Position numbers and translations under genes: made by a program
Part shown: piece by piece, positions 12,211 to 24,130 of the stretch
How positions within the stretch are numbered: the stretch's first letter is position 1
How the letters are laid out: each line of letters starts with the position of its first letter
Notes under the pieces: model-generated
The model's input: the letters and a program-made list of their open reading frames with translations, nothing else
Database searches by the model: none
Told to the model about the DNA's origin: nothing
DNA from: Pelomyxa schiedti
Lineage: Eukaryota > Protista > Evosea
Direction: 5' to 3'
NCBI GenBank assembly: GCA_020536535.1
Contig: JAHLWZ010000978.1
Coordinates: forward strand, 1-34,279
Length of the DNA stretch: 34,279 nt

Positions 12211-12371
12211 AATGCTTTGTTATTGTGCAATTATTGCTGGTGTTATTTCTACCTCCCACAACAAAGATTCCAGAAACAAAAGAGAAAACGTTCTCACAAG
12301 CACAGAGGTGCCAGTTCTGATTGCCTTCCTGGTGAAATGGGCCTTGCGTTTATTTATTGTGTTTCTTGTGT

Positions 12372-15300
12372 CTACTCAACCAGGTGCAGGTCGGCCTGGA
12401 TACCAACGGGAAGGGGTACATCAGAAAGTATCTCGACTGAGGTGGTGTGGGCAAAGAAGATCTGTGCTGAGGAGCATGTCATCGTGTGGCTGAGATGGAA
12501 CTCCCGCTGGAATTCCGAATCGGGAGAAAGGAGGAAGCAAGTACATGGTGTGACTGAATTTGTGGTGGTGCTGCTGGTACTGGTACTGGTACTGCTGCTG
12601 GTACTACTACTGCTTTGGGGATTTACTGAGGGTGTTTGTATTGGCTGTGTTGGTGGTGATGGTGTTGTTGTTGTTGTTGTTGTTGGGGTTTGTTCCTGGC
12701 GCTGATTGGAATTACGATGGGATTGTGGAGTTGGCGGCGAGCGGGGTCGCTGCTGTTGTGGTTGCGGTTGGGGGGAGGGAAGAGGAGACGCATCACTGAG
12801 GCAACTGGCATTCATTGGTGTTGTTGACCGGGTAAGGGTGTGCCCAGGGTTGTTTGGGGGTGACCACAAGGCTGCTAGGCCATAGGTTGCGCATTCACCA
12901 GGGAAAAGGTCTGCGCAGCTCAGGTGATTAAGCATTGAAAGGTACTCTGAGCGGTACTTGATTGTGTAGGGAGTGCCTGGTCCAAGGGATGTAGGGTATG
13001 AAAAAATTGAGTTACAAGGGGAATTATACCAAAGACAGAGCCTCGCATTGTGCCACATTCAAAACCGGGAATTGAAAATGATTGTACGTCGTCTGGAGCT
13101 ATCTCGGTGTTGGCCCAGTTATTGAGAACCCGAATTTCTGACTCGCCATAAAGTTTGATTCTTAGGCATCTAATGGAAAGTGAACCACCATTGGGCATGT
13201 ATTCCGTGCTACCTGGTCAGGGAGCGCAAAAGTTGCCATGGAATAATGCCTGCCAACCTGAGATCGAATCCAAATCCTCGCTCCATCTCTGACAGAGAAT
13301 TTTTACCGTGACCGCTTATAATGAGATCCTTAGCCCGCACAGACCAAAACACTGAATCTTGTGCTAATCTTGGGATTGCATGGTTGTCCCACCCCCGGCA
13401 CACGGTGTTTATCGCCTTGAGAGACAGTTGAAGGTATGACATCCTCAATGAGTTTACTTCATGGCATGGTGCAGGAGAGGTGAGTCGTTGCATAATATCC
13501 TCCTTAGTGTGACGTATTTACAATGGCTTTTGATATGTGTGAATAGTCTTACCTTTAGACCATGTGCAAGTAATTCCACTAAAGCAAGGGATTTTATTCT
13601 TGGAACAGAAATATGTGGACGTAGATCGCCAATTAAGACCGAGGGTATTTGACGGAAACTTAGAGTCTTACAGATGTCATGCCTTCAGAAAAGATTAAAA
13701 TGTATCCAGGGTCACATATTAATGCAACCCAAAGTGAATCTTCGGGGAGCCCGTGTTGATGCCAAGTGCAATCGGGGTAATCAGGTCGTGTGCAACTTCC
13801 AGAGGTGATGACAATTTATCACGAGGAATCTCTGAAAATGAAACATTAGCTTATAAACGAAGATCTTGTGGGAACCTTTTCTAGAAACAATCCCAAAATC
13901 ACCGCAAATCAGAAATGCCGAATTTTCTTTTTCTTCAGCAGCCAACTGACTAGAAATAAAAGCTTTTATCTGTAAGTGGTTTATGGCAGTTTTAATACAT
14001 TGTAACAATGCACAATCATACAGCAGTTAGTTGCTGTTGTCGCACTTCTTTGGCGGTGCGAGTTGCAGTACTAGTATGAACAGAAGGTAAATTCACAAGT
14101 GGATCGGGCATGTACACTTGAGAGAGTAAAAAAAAAAAAAAAACCGTTCTTGATGCGAACCACATACCTTGAAATATATACAATGCAATATTAGGGTGTA
14201 GTAGTAATTTAAGACCAAGTGCGCCTCCAACAGGGTGATGCCCTGGGACAATACCAAGGACGTCTTGAAACGTGAGAGCAAAGTGTGCTGCAATAGGATA
14301 TTTGCTGCAACACATCAGAAGTGACAACTAAGGAGTAATGTGAAACCTCACGAAGAAAAGTGCCATGCTTTCTTCATAGTGCATTACCTAGACGGTAGTT
14401 CGCAGTGTGTTTGGATTGAGTTCGTACCATAGTTTTTAATTTCGGGGAAGCATGGAATAACTGTGCTGCTCTGGGTGGTACATTCTGAAAACTTTTCAAA
14501 TATGCAAATATCAAACATATAAAATGTAATGAAAAATAAACAATGTTCGCACAAAACAAGTGCAACATACCACAGGAACGTGAAATTCCCGCATTTGCTG
14601 AGTAAAGCATCCACAGCCATGGCAGTGTAAGACTCATCTAAGCAGGGGAGTGTATAACAAAGAATACGGCTAGCTATTTAAGTGTAAAAACCGAGGCAAG
14701 AAAAGAGGGAATAACATTTTACAATCCTGGGTTCAGATGACTTAAGTTTCACACACTGATTGGTTGTTTGCTGAGGTAGTGGAGAAGATGGTCTGGGTAG
14801 TGAAATATTTTGTTGGGCCGTGTTTTGTCGGGCCGCACTTTGTGGGGCTGAATTAGGAGGACCAGTTTGGAGAAGTGAGCGCAGATGTGGTGAATCCCTA
14901 AGAGCCAGTCGCAGAAGTTCTGACTGGTCGAGTGCTTTTTGTTGCAAAACTGGAGCCGTAGGCGCAGCGGGCTGGTGCATGGGGTTAGGGCTGGGTGGTT
15001 GGTGTAAAACAGGTGCCATGAGCACGTCAAGATGCGATGTTTTGTCCCTACTCACAAGAAGTGGATTCGTCTGCAGCTGTGGAGGCGCTACAACTGATTG
15101 CAAAAGGAGGGGGTCCTGGGGCAGAGGGGGTTGAGTTTGTGGTACCTGAGAAGTTTGAGAAGTGCTTAGATTTGTAGCAGCGGTTGGTTGAGGTTGTGGA
15201 GTAGGCCTTAATTGGGAGACTGGGGATATTAATATAGAAGATGGTGGTGTAGGCATACTGGGGGGTGATGGCTGTGGTTGAGCTATGGATTGCGAAACCT

Positions 15301-15747
15301 GCGCAGCTTGCTGGGGTTGTGGATCTTGTTTTTGAGGAGGTTTAACTTGCACTGAGCGAGACTGTTGGAGTTGTGGTTGAGTGGGGGCAAGCATGATGGT
15401 TACACTAACTTCAAATGGCGATGCGGGTGAAGTGTTACACAGTACTCTGCAGAGAGAGAGAAAAATATTGGCTTCCTGTAGTAAAACACAAGAGGAATTT
15501 TACTTCAGAGCAGGGGATGCAGCAGCATTTACAACAAAAGAACCACTCCAAAATAAATGCAGCTGAAGGACTGCACTAAGCCGGTTAGGAATCCCACAAC
15601 AATAACACTACAAAACTACCATATGAGCCCTGTGAGCCTTTATAAGTAACACGTGCCTGTGTTGGTGTTATCCACATTGGCAGTTCACTCAACGTCATGT
15701 TCCCTGCCATAGCTGGTATTTCTTTTGTGTGTTAACTTATTCTCCAT
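12372..15747 (-). CDS. Multi-exon protein: N-terminal hydrophobic segment, P/Q-rich linker, degenerate EEP (DNase I-like) domain, unknown C-terminal region
   Basis: Spliceable frames give RILCYT, FQNV, LLMCCSKYPI, EVRQQQL..IKAFI and AFLICGDFG, in EEP motif order. Whether 12372-13600 belongs to the same gene is inferred from splicing continuity. Confidence 0.5.
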
Positions 15748-16134
15748 GGCCGTTTTCTTTGTTATTGCAAAAAAAAAGTACATTGCAGGGGGCTACAAAA
15801 AAACAAAAAAAAAAAGTGCTGTACCTCGTGCAATAGCTAATTGTGGGTGATCGCACTCCGTCAATTCCCATTTGCACGGCACCACGTTAAACACTTTGAG
15901 TTTAGCAACCGAACCCAGCGCACTCATGTCTTTTCTTTCTTTTTTTACGACTACCAACTTGGAGCGTCCCACAATTGAGGCTGCAGGTGGTGACCGCTAG
16001 GGAACTACCTGGGTGGTATCCACGGAAAGGGAAAAGGATGACACACTTCGCAGGACCCCCATGACTGCAAAACACAGAAAAAGATGGACTGAACTTGTCT
16101 TTTTTTTGTATCACTTGTTGTGGTTTGCTTGGGA

Positions 16135-18691
16135 TCACAGTATAGAGCACAGTGGTTGTGCCTTCCTTTGTTGCTCGGCACTGTGTTGCAGCCTCTCTTT
16201 GTGAAGCGCAAGCCGCACAGATTGCGCGCAGTCTTCCCCTCCACATACATCCCCAAAAGGCCTGGACAGAGATACAACACAAACGCGGCCGTCAGGTGAG
16301 CACCTTCCAGCAAAGGACGCAACTCCAAATACTCCGCCGGGGTAAAGAGTAGCCACACCGATAGACTGTTGCACACTGCCCCATCCACTTGCGGAGTCGC
16401 CTTCCAGCCCAGTATCAACTTCATCATTGGTGAGTGCACAAACCACGGAGCAACTCAGTGAGTATGGATCGGCGGTAGTTCCAAAGCGCAGGTGCATCTT
16501 CCACTTTTTGTCTTCCTCTGTGTGTTTGTGCTTGTGGTGAATCTGGGATACATCTATGTTACATAGCGGGGGGAGGCTGGGCTGCAGTGGTTGACCTGGG
16601 GATGGCTGCGCCGGTTGACTTGGCGTCGTAGTGATAGTGACGAGTGAGGTTGGGCTCTCGTTACTGTTTGGGCTAATCGTTTCACTTGAATTGTTGCTTG
16701 ATCCTTCATTTGTATGCGGTTCATTTGTGCCAGAGTTTGTTCCTGAACTTCTGGGCTCTGAAGAGTTTGCTGGGGGATGCGAGGGTTGTGGTGCAAGGAT
16801 CTGGTTTGTGAAGTGAAGTAAAGCGGTGTGTTCCAAGTGTTGATGATGTCGATGTTGCTCTTGTTCTTCAGAACTTAGAACCTCGAGGGCAAAAAGTCTC
16901 CCATGAAGTACTCCAAAGCTTGTTTCGAAATTTGTGACACTTGCAATGCGCCGTATAGTAACATCGAGAGTGGACGAGATACTACCATCTACTGCAAGTG
17001 GGATGGATACCAGAGAGTAATCTTTCAGTGCTGTTCCATGCCCGTCAGGTAATATGCCTCGCGAAGCTACAACTACGTAAAGTTTTCTTTGTGCTTGTGA
17101 GGAATCCAATTTGGGGGCTATGTTTGTTTCTGAGCTTTCTGGGATGGTACTGTCCAGTTCAGGTAGAAGCTTTTTCTCCACGGGAGTTGGGAATACAGTA
17201 ACATCTTTCTCACTCGAGAGAAAGGTGAATACTGGCACACCATGCGTTTCCAATTCCGTGGAAAACCAATCCACCCCGTTGCTTGTGGTGGCAATGACAG
17301 ATGTTTTCCAGTCAATGTGGCCAAAAGTGGAAACTAATATAGTCCCATCAATAAACGCCTCAATTTGGCCTCCAGTTGGAGTTTCAGATTGTGGTTGCTC
17401 GGGATTATGATCAACAAAATTTCCAATCAATGTCTCGGCGCTCTTTTCTGGAGTCGAGGGGTACCCTCCTTGTCTTAGTGTCGAAATGAATCCACTGTCA
17501 TCTTGGGGATCTCGGCCGGGTGTTTGACTTGCCTCTGAATCCCTTTTTGTCTGGAAGTATACTTCAAATGCACCAGTTTTGGTGTTCAATTTTGAGATGG
17601 TCATTATGTTTTGTTGAGTGAACGCAGCTGCATATAATCCTCCTGCAAATGAAGCTACGGCTGGCTTCCCACAGGTATCGGGGAATACAACGTGAGGGGG
17701 TATTGGAAGAGTAGCGAGGAAAGCTGGTGACATCACCATGTTGGTTGTATTTCCTTCTCCACTAAGTAAGGCCACAAAAGAAACACCGTCGGGAGCAATC
17801 GTTAAATCTGTATGCACTTTTCGAGATCCTCTGTGCTTCGGGGGTGAAGTTGATGGCTTGGGGGTTGGGGAAACCATCAAACCCTGCGTCATTACAATAT
17901 CAAGCTTTCTGGAAACTTGAGTTTGGGCCACAAGTCTGGAATGCAACTGCTTTGCGAACTCCACAGCCAGATGCTCTTCACCTTTGTGCTTAAATGCATT
18001 TATGAGGAGGATAGCTCCACATAATTCAATGAGCACAATTGCATCGAAGATTGAGTTGACCCGCATAACAAGCTCCGCGGCACTTGATCCAGCTGACTTT
18101 GCACTCAGTGACAATAGATTAGTGTTATCTCCAGAGAATGGGCACCCTACAATGGCGTGATGCAACAGCAGTAAATCCACTCCAACACCTATCCGCTTGT
18201 AAGTGTTTTTGTACAGTACTGGGGACTACCTGTATTAGAATCCAATATGTCATCTGTCAACCTTGCGGCGGCATCGACATCCCCTGGTGACAGTCGTGAC
18301 AGTAGGTCAAACTTGTACACAATCCGGTCCACAGATGGTTGGGTGGCAAGAATAAAGGTACTCCACTCCAGGCGACTCCTAGCATCACAAAGGGCAGCAA
18401 CACCTTTCTCACTAGCCTCGGCTAATCTTGCCAACTCCGCTCTGACAACATCCCATGAAGAAACAGTTTGGCCCGTCAGTTTGTATGACGCCCAGTCGAT
18501 GACATTTCCCACCGTCCACCCAATGACGCTCCCAAATACTGTAGTCCCAACAAACGATAAGATCGATGAGGCGGTTAACTGAAGTGGCAAACGACCCAAC
18601 ACAACGAGACCATGTTCGCCAAGATCCGCACAACAAGAGCTCTGAGCACATAACGTGTTAATTGCAAACACGAGGGAAAACAACGTACCAT
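16135..18691 (-). CDS. Large hypothetical protein with an N-terminal Vip3-like helical (putative pore-forming) domain and a beta-rich/low-complexity C-terminus
   Basis: ORFs 18189-18683 and 16135-18180 are joined in frame by a 41-nt GT-AG intron (18189-18229). Predicted ATG at 18691 is followed directly by an intron. The coding call is strong; the product call is inferential. Confidence 0.6.
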
Positions 18692-18913
18692 CTTCCGCAA
18701 TACTGGTGGCCTTTGCCTCCGTGTTTAATTAGTTTTTATGGCAGCGCCACTCATTGCCGCCAAATGGCGTCATTTCCTGTTTTCTGTTTGGCATTTTATT
18801 TTTTATTTTTTTTACCAAAATGAACAAAAAGCAAGATCTTGTCGGGCAACGGCTCGTAAAGATCTTGGTGTAGTGGAGAAGAGATCGAAGATCTGTGAGC
18901 ATACCTATGTGTA

Positions 18914-20699
18914 TTACCAGTTGTTGCATACCCCCACGATAGTGCAGAGTCCGGCTCGCACAACGTCTTCCTGGAGGGGGTTTTGAATCAGTTGTGTGCA
19001 CTGTATGCATGTGCAATTTGCAGTGTGCTGTGATTCTGACCGTGCGCCAGAGATGGATGCAATAAGTCGCGGATTGAGATTGTTTTGAAGGAATGCCAGT
19101 GAAACTCTAGCGCCGACTTGAGCGCTGTGTACATCGGCAAAGGCAGACACTCCCACAGTGACACCTTCTGATAATTGGTGAGAATGGCACACAAGAACGA
19201 AAGTACTGCACACCCGAAGCAAAAAAATGGGCCCGGTACAAAATGTACCCTGGCACAAATCGCTGCAATGCACCGACGAGGTCATCCCAGAGAAGCTTCA
19301 CCTGCTCTTGCGGAATAGACCACCGGCAAATTCTCACAATGATGCTGATATCTAGAAAGATCATAAGACAGCAATAAGGTGGAAGGCTGCTATATCTCAC
19401 CGCCGGGAGGAGAGCGTGGCAACTGAGGAGGCGGAACTAAAACTGGCCAAGAAGCGCTCCTGGGAAGGTTTTCAAGTGCAGCTTCTACTGGAGTTCTGCC
19501 GATCGACGATACTGAAGTTGCAGTAGCGTCTTCAAAGCGATTCCCTTTATCATCTCGGCATTGTGCTAGGATCGGGCAAGACGTGGCCCTCTCTGGTCTA
19601 TTTTGTTGCAATATGGACACGCTATTGGCTGGCAAATTTCGCAAATAGAACAGCAACTGCTCTTCGGGTGATATTTCTTGTGCTAGAGGGGACTGTGACA
19701 CAACTTGATTTCCGGTTGGAAATTTCAAGTCAGGGATCTGCATAAGAGTGCTGAGAATGGGGGTAGTCTGAGGGAGTGTGAGGCCAAATTGGTTTTGAAA
19801 AGCTGAACTCAAGTCTAAAGCAGCAGAGTTTTGAGTCACTGGAGAGAGGGTGCCTGTATCCATGGGTGATGAAGGGCGAAGAGGTGGTGCAAATAGAGGT
19901 GCTATTGGCGGTGAGAAAGCTGACGAAGAGATCCCAGTCATACTTTGCCCAGGAAGATTTTGTCCTGGGGATGATGGAACACTGAGAGAGAATGTGGTGT
20001 TGTTTGGAGTGGAAGGAGCAGTGGAGCAGTGTCTTGGAGGGGATGGTGATGGTGAGGAGGACTGACTGCCTTCGTTCGAATGACTGGCCAACAATTTCGG
20101 TTCCGATGAGATGAAGGTTAACTGAGGTGTCTTGGGTCTTTTACCAGCTTTGAGGTTATCGAAGATCTTGAATGAGGGAGACCTAAGAGTGCCACAAGGA
20201 AGGGAATCCACAACGAGAGTTATCTCTGATTTTAAGTGCCTAAAGGATTTTCAGCTGTGAGACACTAGAGTGGGATTATTACAATTCGGTTGAACTACAT
20301 CTGCCACTACAGTGAGAGAACTGGAAATACACTCTTCCGTCGCTGGAGCTCTGGGGCTGTGATTCCTTGGGAGTGGAAACAATAACGAGACTTTTTCCTG
20401 GGCAGCACAAGGGGCACTGTGCCTCTTTCTTTTGGTTAGGGCACTGGAACATTTCCAGGTGGAGGAAAAGTACCTTTGTAAGGTGGGTTGGCCAAACAAC
20501 ACCTCGCTTTAAGACCTGCGTCCCAAATTTCCTCTTCAGTGAGGTGGAAACTGTCTTTCCAACCAGGTGGAGCCACAATATGGAACTACGGACACGTCGT
20601 CAGTTGCTGCAGGAGGAGAAAGAGCAACAAAAACACACAACGCACAGAAAATCTCCTTCGTTTGGCTACAGCACGGCAGGACAGTGTGAGCTCCCACAT
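18914..20699 (-). CDS. CudA-like putative transcription factor with an S/P-rich linker and a small C-terminal alpha/beta domain
   Basis: Spliced N-terminus MWELTLSCRAVAKRRRFS|FHIV...QCPLCCPGKSLVIV...YFQFSHCSGRCSSTEL|HLKSEITLVVDSLPCGTLRSPSF. The CxxC...CSSxxxH pattern resembles the amoebozoan CudA core as recalled. Confidence 0.45.
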
Positions 20700-20908
20700 T
20701 GAGGGGGCAATTAACCTTCTTAGCAGTACAACAGTTTGAAGACCAGTTTAAATTTGCAGAAGAACGATCAACAGGACCAAAAACGCAGCTGAATTTCCCA
20801 AAACAAGCTGCACGAAAAGGAGTCAAGTCAACTCCAGGAAAACAAGTCGGTGTATTCGCCAACGAGAAGAAAAGATCAACTCAACTCGCCTTTGTTTTGG
20901 CAATTGTC

Positions 20909-23906
20909 TCAAAGTTCAAAAAGATCATCTTGAATCTGCTCGTGATGTCTTACGGCTTGCAGCACCATTTTTGTGCGGAAAATATTTCCTAGGACTGTCG
21001 AGGACTCTTCTACGCCATGCGAGCTCCCAAATCTGTGCTCAAGATCTGCCAAGTTCTCTGTGTATTTTAGGTTTTGTTGTAAGAGCGGGGTTGACGTTGT
21101 GCATAAAACTTACCTTGCAGGTCTTCAAGTTTGTTAATTACGTGTGGTGGAACTTGTCTCTTGGAATTATTTGCATGGCACTGCTGCATGTCTTTCATTA
21201 GCTGTAGCATTTGTTTGTGCAACTCAATGCACATATTGTGTTCTTGCTCCGGGCTAAGAACGGCAGTGGATTCAGATGAGGGACTGGAATTATTACTGGG
21301 TGACTGTTGTTCTATTGTCTGTCTAGATACACGGATTTTTTCCTCCAATTCGCTAACAGCGGCCAATAGCTGGTACATCCTCATGGCCAAAGCTTCAACC
21401 GTTTCATCGGGATCGCACTTTTGTGCTTCTATTGCCACGAGGCAATCGGCTAGGCATTGCTGCCCAGTTTTCAGGCGTTGTATGGCCGGATTTTCTTCAT
21501 CTGACGCGCTCTCTCCAAATCTATTGTACTTTAAGTCAAAAATAAAAGAACGGGGTTACCTGTCCAGTGCCTCAGAAATTTGTCTTTTCAAAGCCTAAAG
21601 AAATAAGTTAGCTTCTGTTCATCTCCCAGAATTAGAGTAACCTTCACATCTTTGGTAAGTCTATCAAATTCCTCCTTACTTTTTATTGTGGAGGCACTGA
21701 TTTTTACAGAAAGTTGCTCAATCTTACCCAGCAAGGTCTCTTCTGATGGCTGTAAAGAGCTTGGTGGTGTTGGTCTTGCCTGAACGGGAGTGATATGTGG
21801 GGGGACAGAGGCCTGTGACAAAGTGGTGGGCGAGGAGGTAACAGTCTGTGAAGGAATAGAGACGGGTTCCGGGCTTGGTTCTCGTGTAATGTGCTGTGAA
21901 GTAATAAATGGTGGTGGTGATGGCGATGCCGGTGGTGGCGGTGGTGGTGGTGGTGGAGGAGGCGGCGGGGGCGGGGGTGGTGGTGGTGCTGCTGCTGTTG
22001 TTGTTGTTACTGCTGCTGCTGTACTTGCTTGGGGAGTAATAAAAGTGGGAATTGGAGGTAGAATAGTCAAGGAAGTGGATCTTGATGACTTGAGTGAAGA
22101 GGCGTTCACTGGTGGGCGTGGTGGATCCCCTCGTGTTGTGGCTTGAAAAGAAGGATTTGTGGGAGTCACAGAGGTTGCTCCTGCGCAATCTGATGTGTTT
22201 TGCTGTGAAGGTAAAGGAAGTCGGACTTGCGGTGGGAAAGCTTGTGGTGGAATTATGGTCTCAGCTGGGATGTTGAAGGATGGTGCTAATGGTACAACAA
22301 TAAGTGGGGGTGTTGGTGTTGGCTGTGCCGCAGGTGGAAGCTGTGGAGGTAGGCCAGGCAGTGGAGATTGCGGCATTTGGGGAAGTACATACACTTGCTT
22401 TGTTGGAAGACTGCATTCAGCAAGCTTCAACGGAATTTGGCTGTAGTTAGCAGAATGGAGCTATGTTGGTTAACAATAAGGAATTGGAGACATTGTCTAT
22501 ACAATTTCTGCCAGTGAAGAGGCCCAGTTGAACGCTTGCGTGACAGTTTGTAAACATGCTACAATATAGTTTCGCAAAGGACCGTTCGGAATTCCTGATT
22601 GCAGTCTATCAAGACCCTACTTTGATTCGTTGTTTTTTGTGCTGAGTTAACTTAGCAAAGTAATTGGTGGATATAGACGCACCTCTTGCGAGTTCCTTAA
22701 ATGTGACAGAAGCAAAGTTACTCTATCTTTCACCAGCTCGTAACTACGCAATTGGTCTGACAAATCAAAGGACAGCTCATTATATGCACGGTGTAGTTGT
22801 GAGATACAGGTATTCAACTGCTGGAACGTCTCATGGGCATCAGCCAGGAGTAGGCCAATAAAGCACTCTTCTCCTAAATAATGTTTAAGCCATAGTACAA
22901 GGATAGAGGAATTACTTGTTGTTGAGTGTGTATACCTCTCGGGCACTCTTATGTTCTGAGGAGTAAGTGGAAGAACGAATGTTCCATTTGGATCACTATA
23001 TAATTTCCGGAGAGTGCCGCCAGTAGGAGTTTGGGAAATGTGGGAATACGGATCAAACTCGGTACTGGTAGGTGTTGGCTTAACAAAGTTTAACATAGAG
23101 TAAGATGTAAAAAATGTGAACAAACCTGATAGTATGCTGGCACGGCAACCAGTGCTGGTTGCTGAAATAGATCAGATTGGATATAGAAGAAGGGAAATAC
23201 ACTGATATGACTACTGAATAGTGACGCCTAACCAACCGATAAGCAATCAAAGAAAATTTGATCTGGAAAGGATACAGATGTCTGTACTGGATGGCCAAAA
23301 AACCTTTCGACATCTGGGTCGGCTCTCAGAGATTCGTTACTACACATGCAGTCAAGAAAAGACTGTAACATAGACTGCCTGGTGTCAAGAAACTTTTTAT
23401 CTGGCCCAAAGGGCTTTCTAATGTTGACTTGGGGGAATAAAATGTGGTAGTGGCACTTACAGAAAAATTGCGTGGTGGAAATTTTGGTAGAATCTCATCA
23501 TATTTATTCTTTGTCTTCAACTATTGTAGGTCCATAAGCTTTGTGCAAGACAAAACACTCTTTAGAACCAACCGTATTATACAACTCGTTGAAGTCAGTA
23601 TACCGCTTAAATATTGTACTGTCTCTGGAATTTAGACCACGAGAAACTTTGACTTGGTACTCCTGTAGGACATTCATTACTTCATAGGCCAAAAAAATAA
23701 ACACAAACAATTCGTTGCCACAAAACAAAAAACTCGCTTCATGCAGGAACCCAAAATAATAATAAATCAATAGATAAACTGACAATGTGCTCCTTTGATT
23801 CCAAGTCATGAGGGTCTTCCTTTTTCAACATAGAACCTACAATATCAGCCCGCCAGTATTCCTGTAGCGAGCCTCTGCTCCCACAATTCCACGTTCCGGT
23901 TTGCAT
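20909..23906 (-). CDS. PX-domain protein with a polyproline tract and C-terminal helical/coiled-coil region
   Basis: PX motifs YQVKVSRG..STIFKRYTDFNELY and LPKFPPR. A poly-Pro run lies at about 21930-21990. A terminal exon after an intron near 21060-21113 ends ...DDLFEL*. Confidence 0.75.
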
Positions 23907-24130
23907 CGAGGCAAAAAGAGATGCCTGATTCGTTGACGAAACCAGGTGCTTATTGTCTTGTCGCGACGAACGAACGGGACGCCGGTTCACCCCAAAACCG
24001 CACCCAAGTGGAAATTGAAGAATTTTTGGTTTTGATCAGATGGTGATGTGATGATATCGAAAACGCACTTGTACGGTTGTTGTGGAGTTTATTTTTGTGT
24101 TTGTGATTGGGGGATTTGGGGTTTTAGGGT

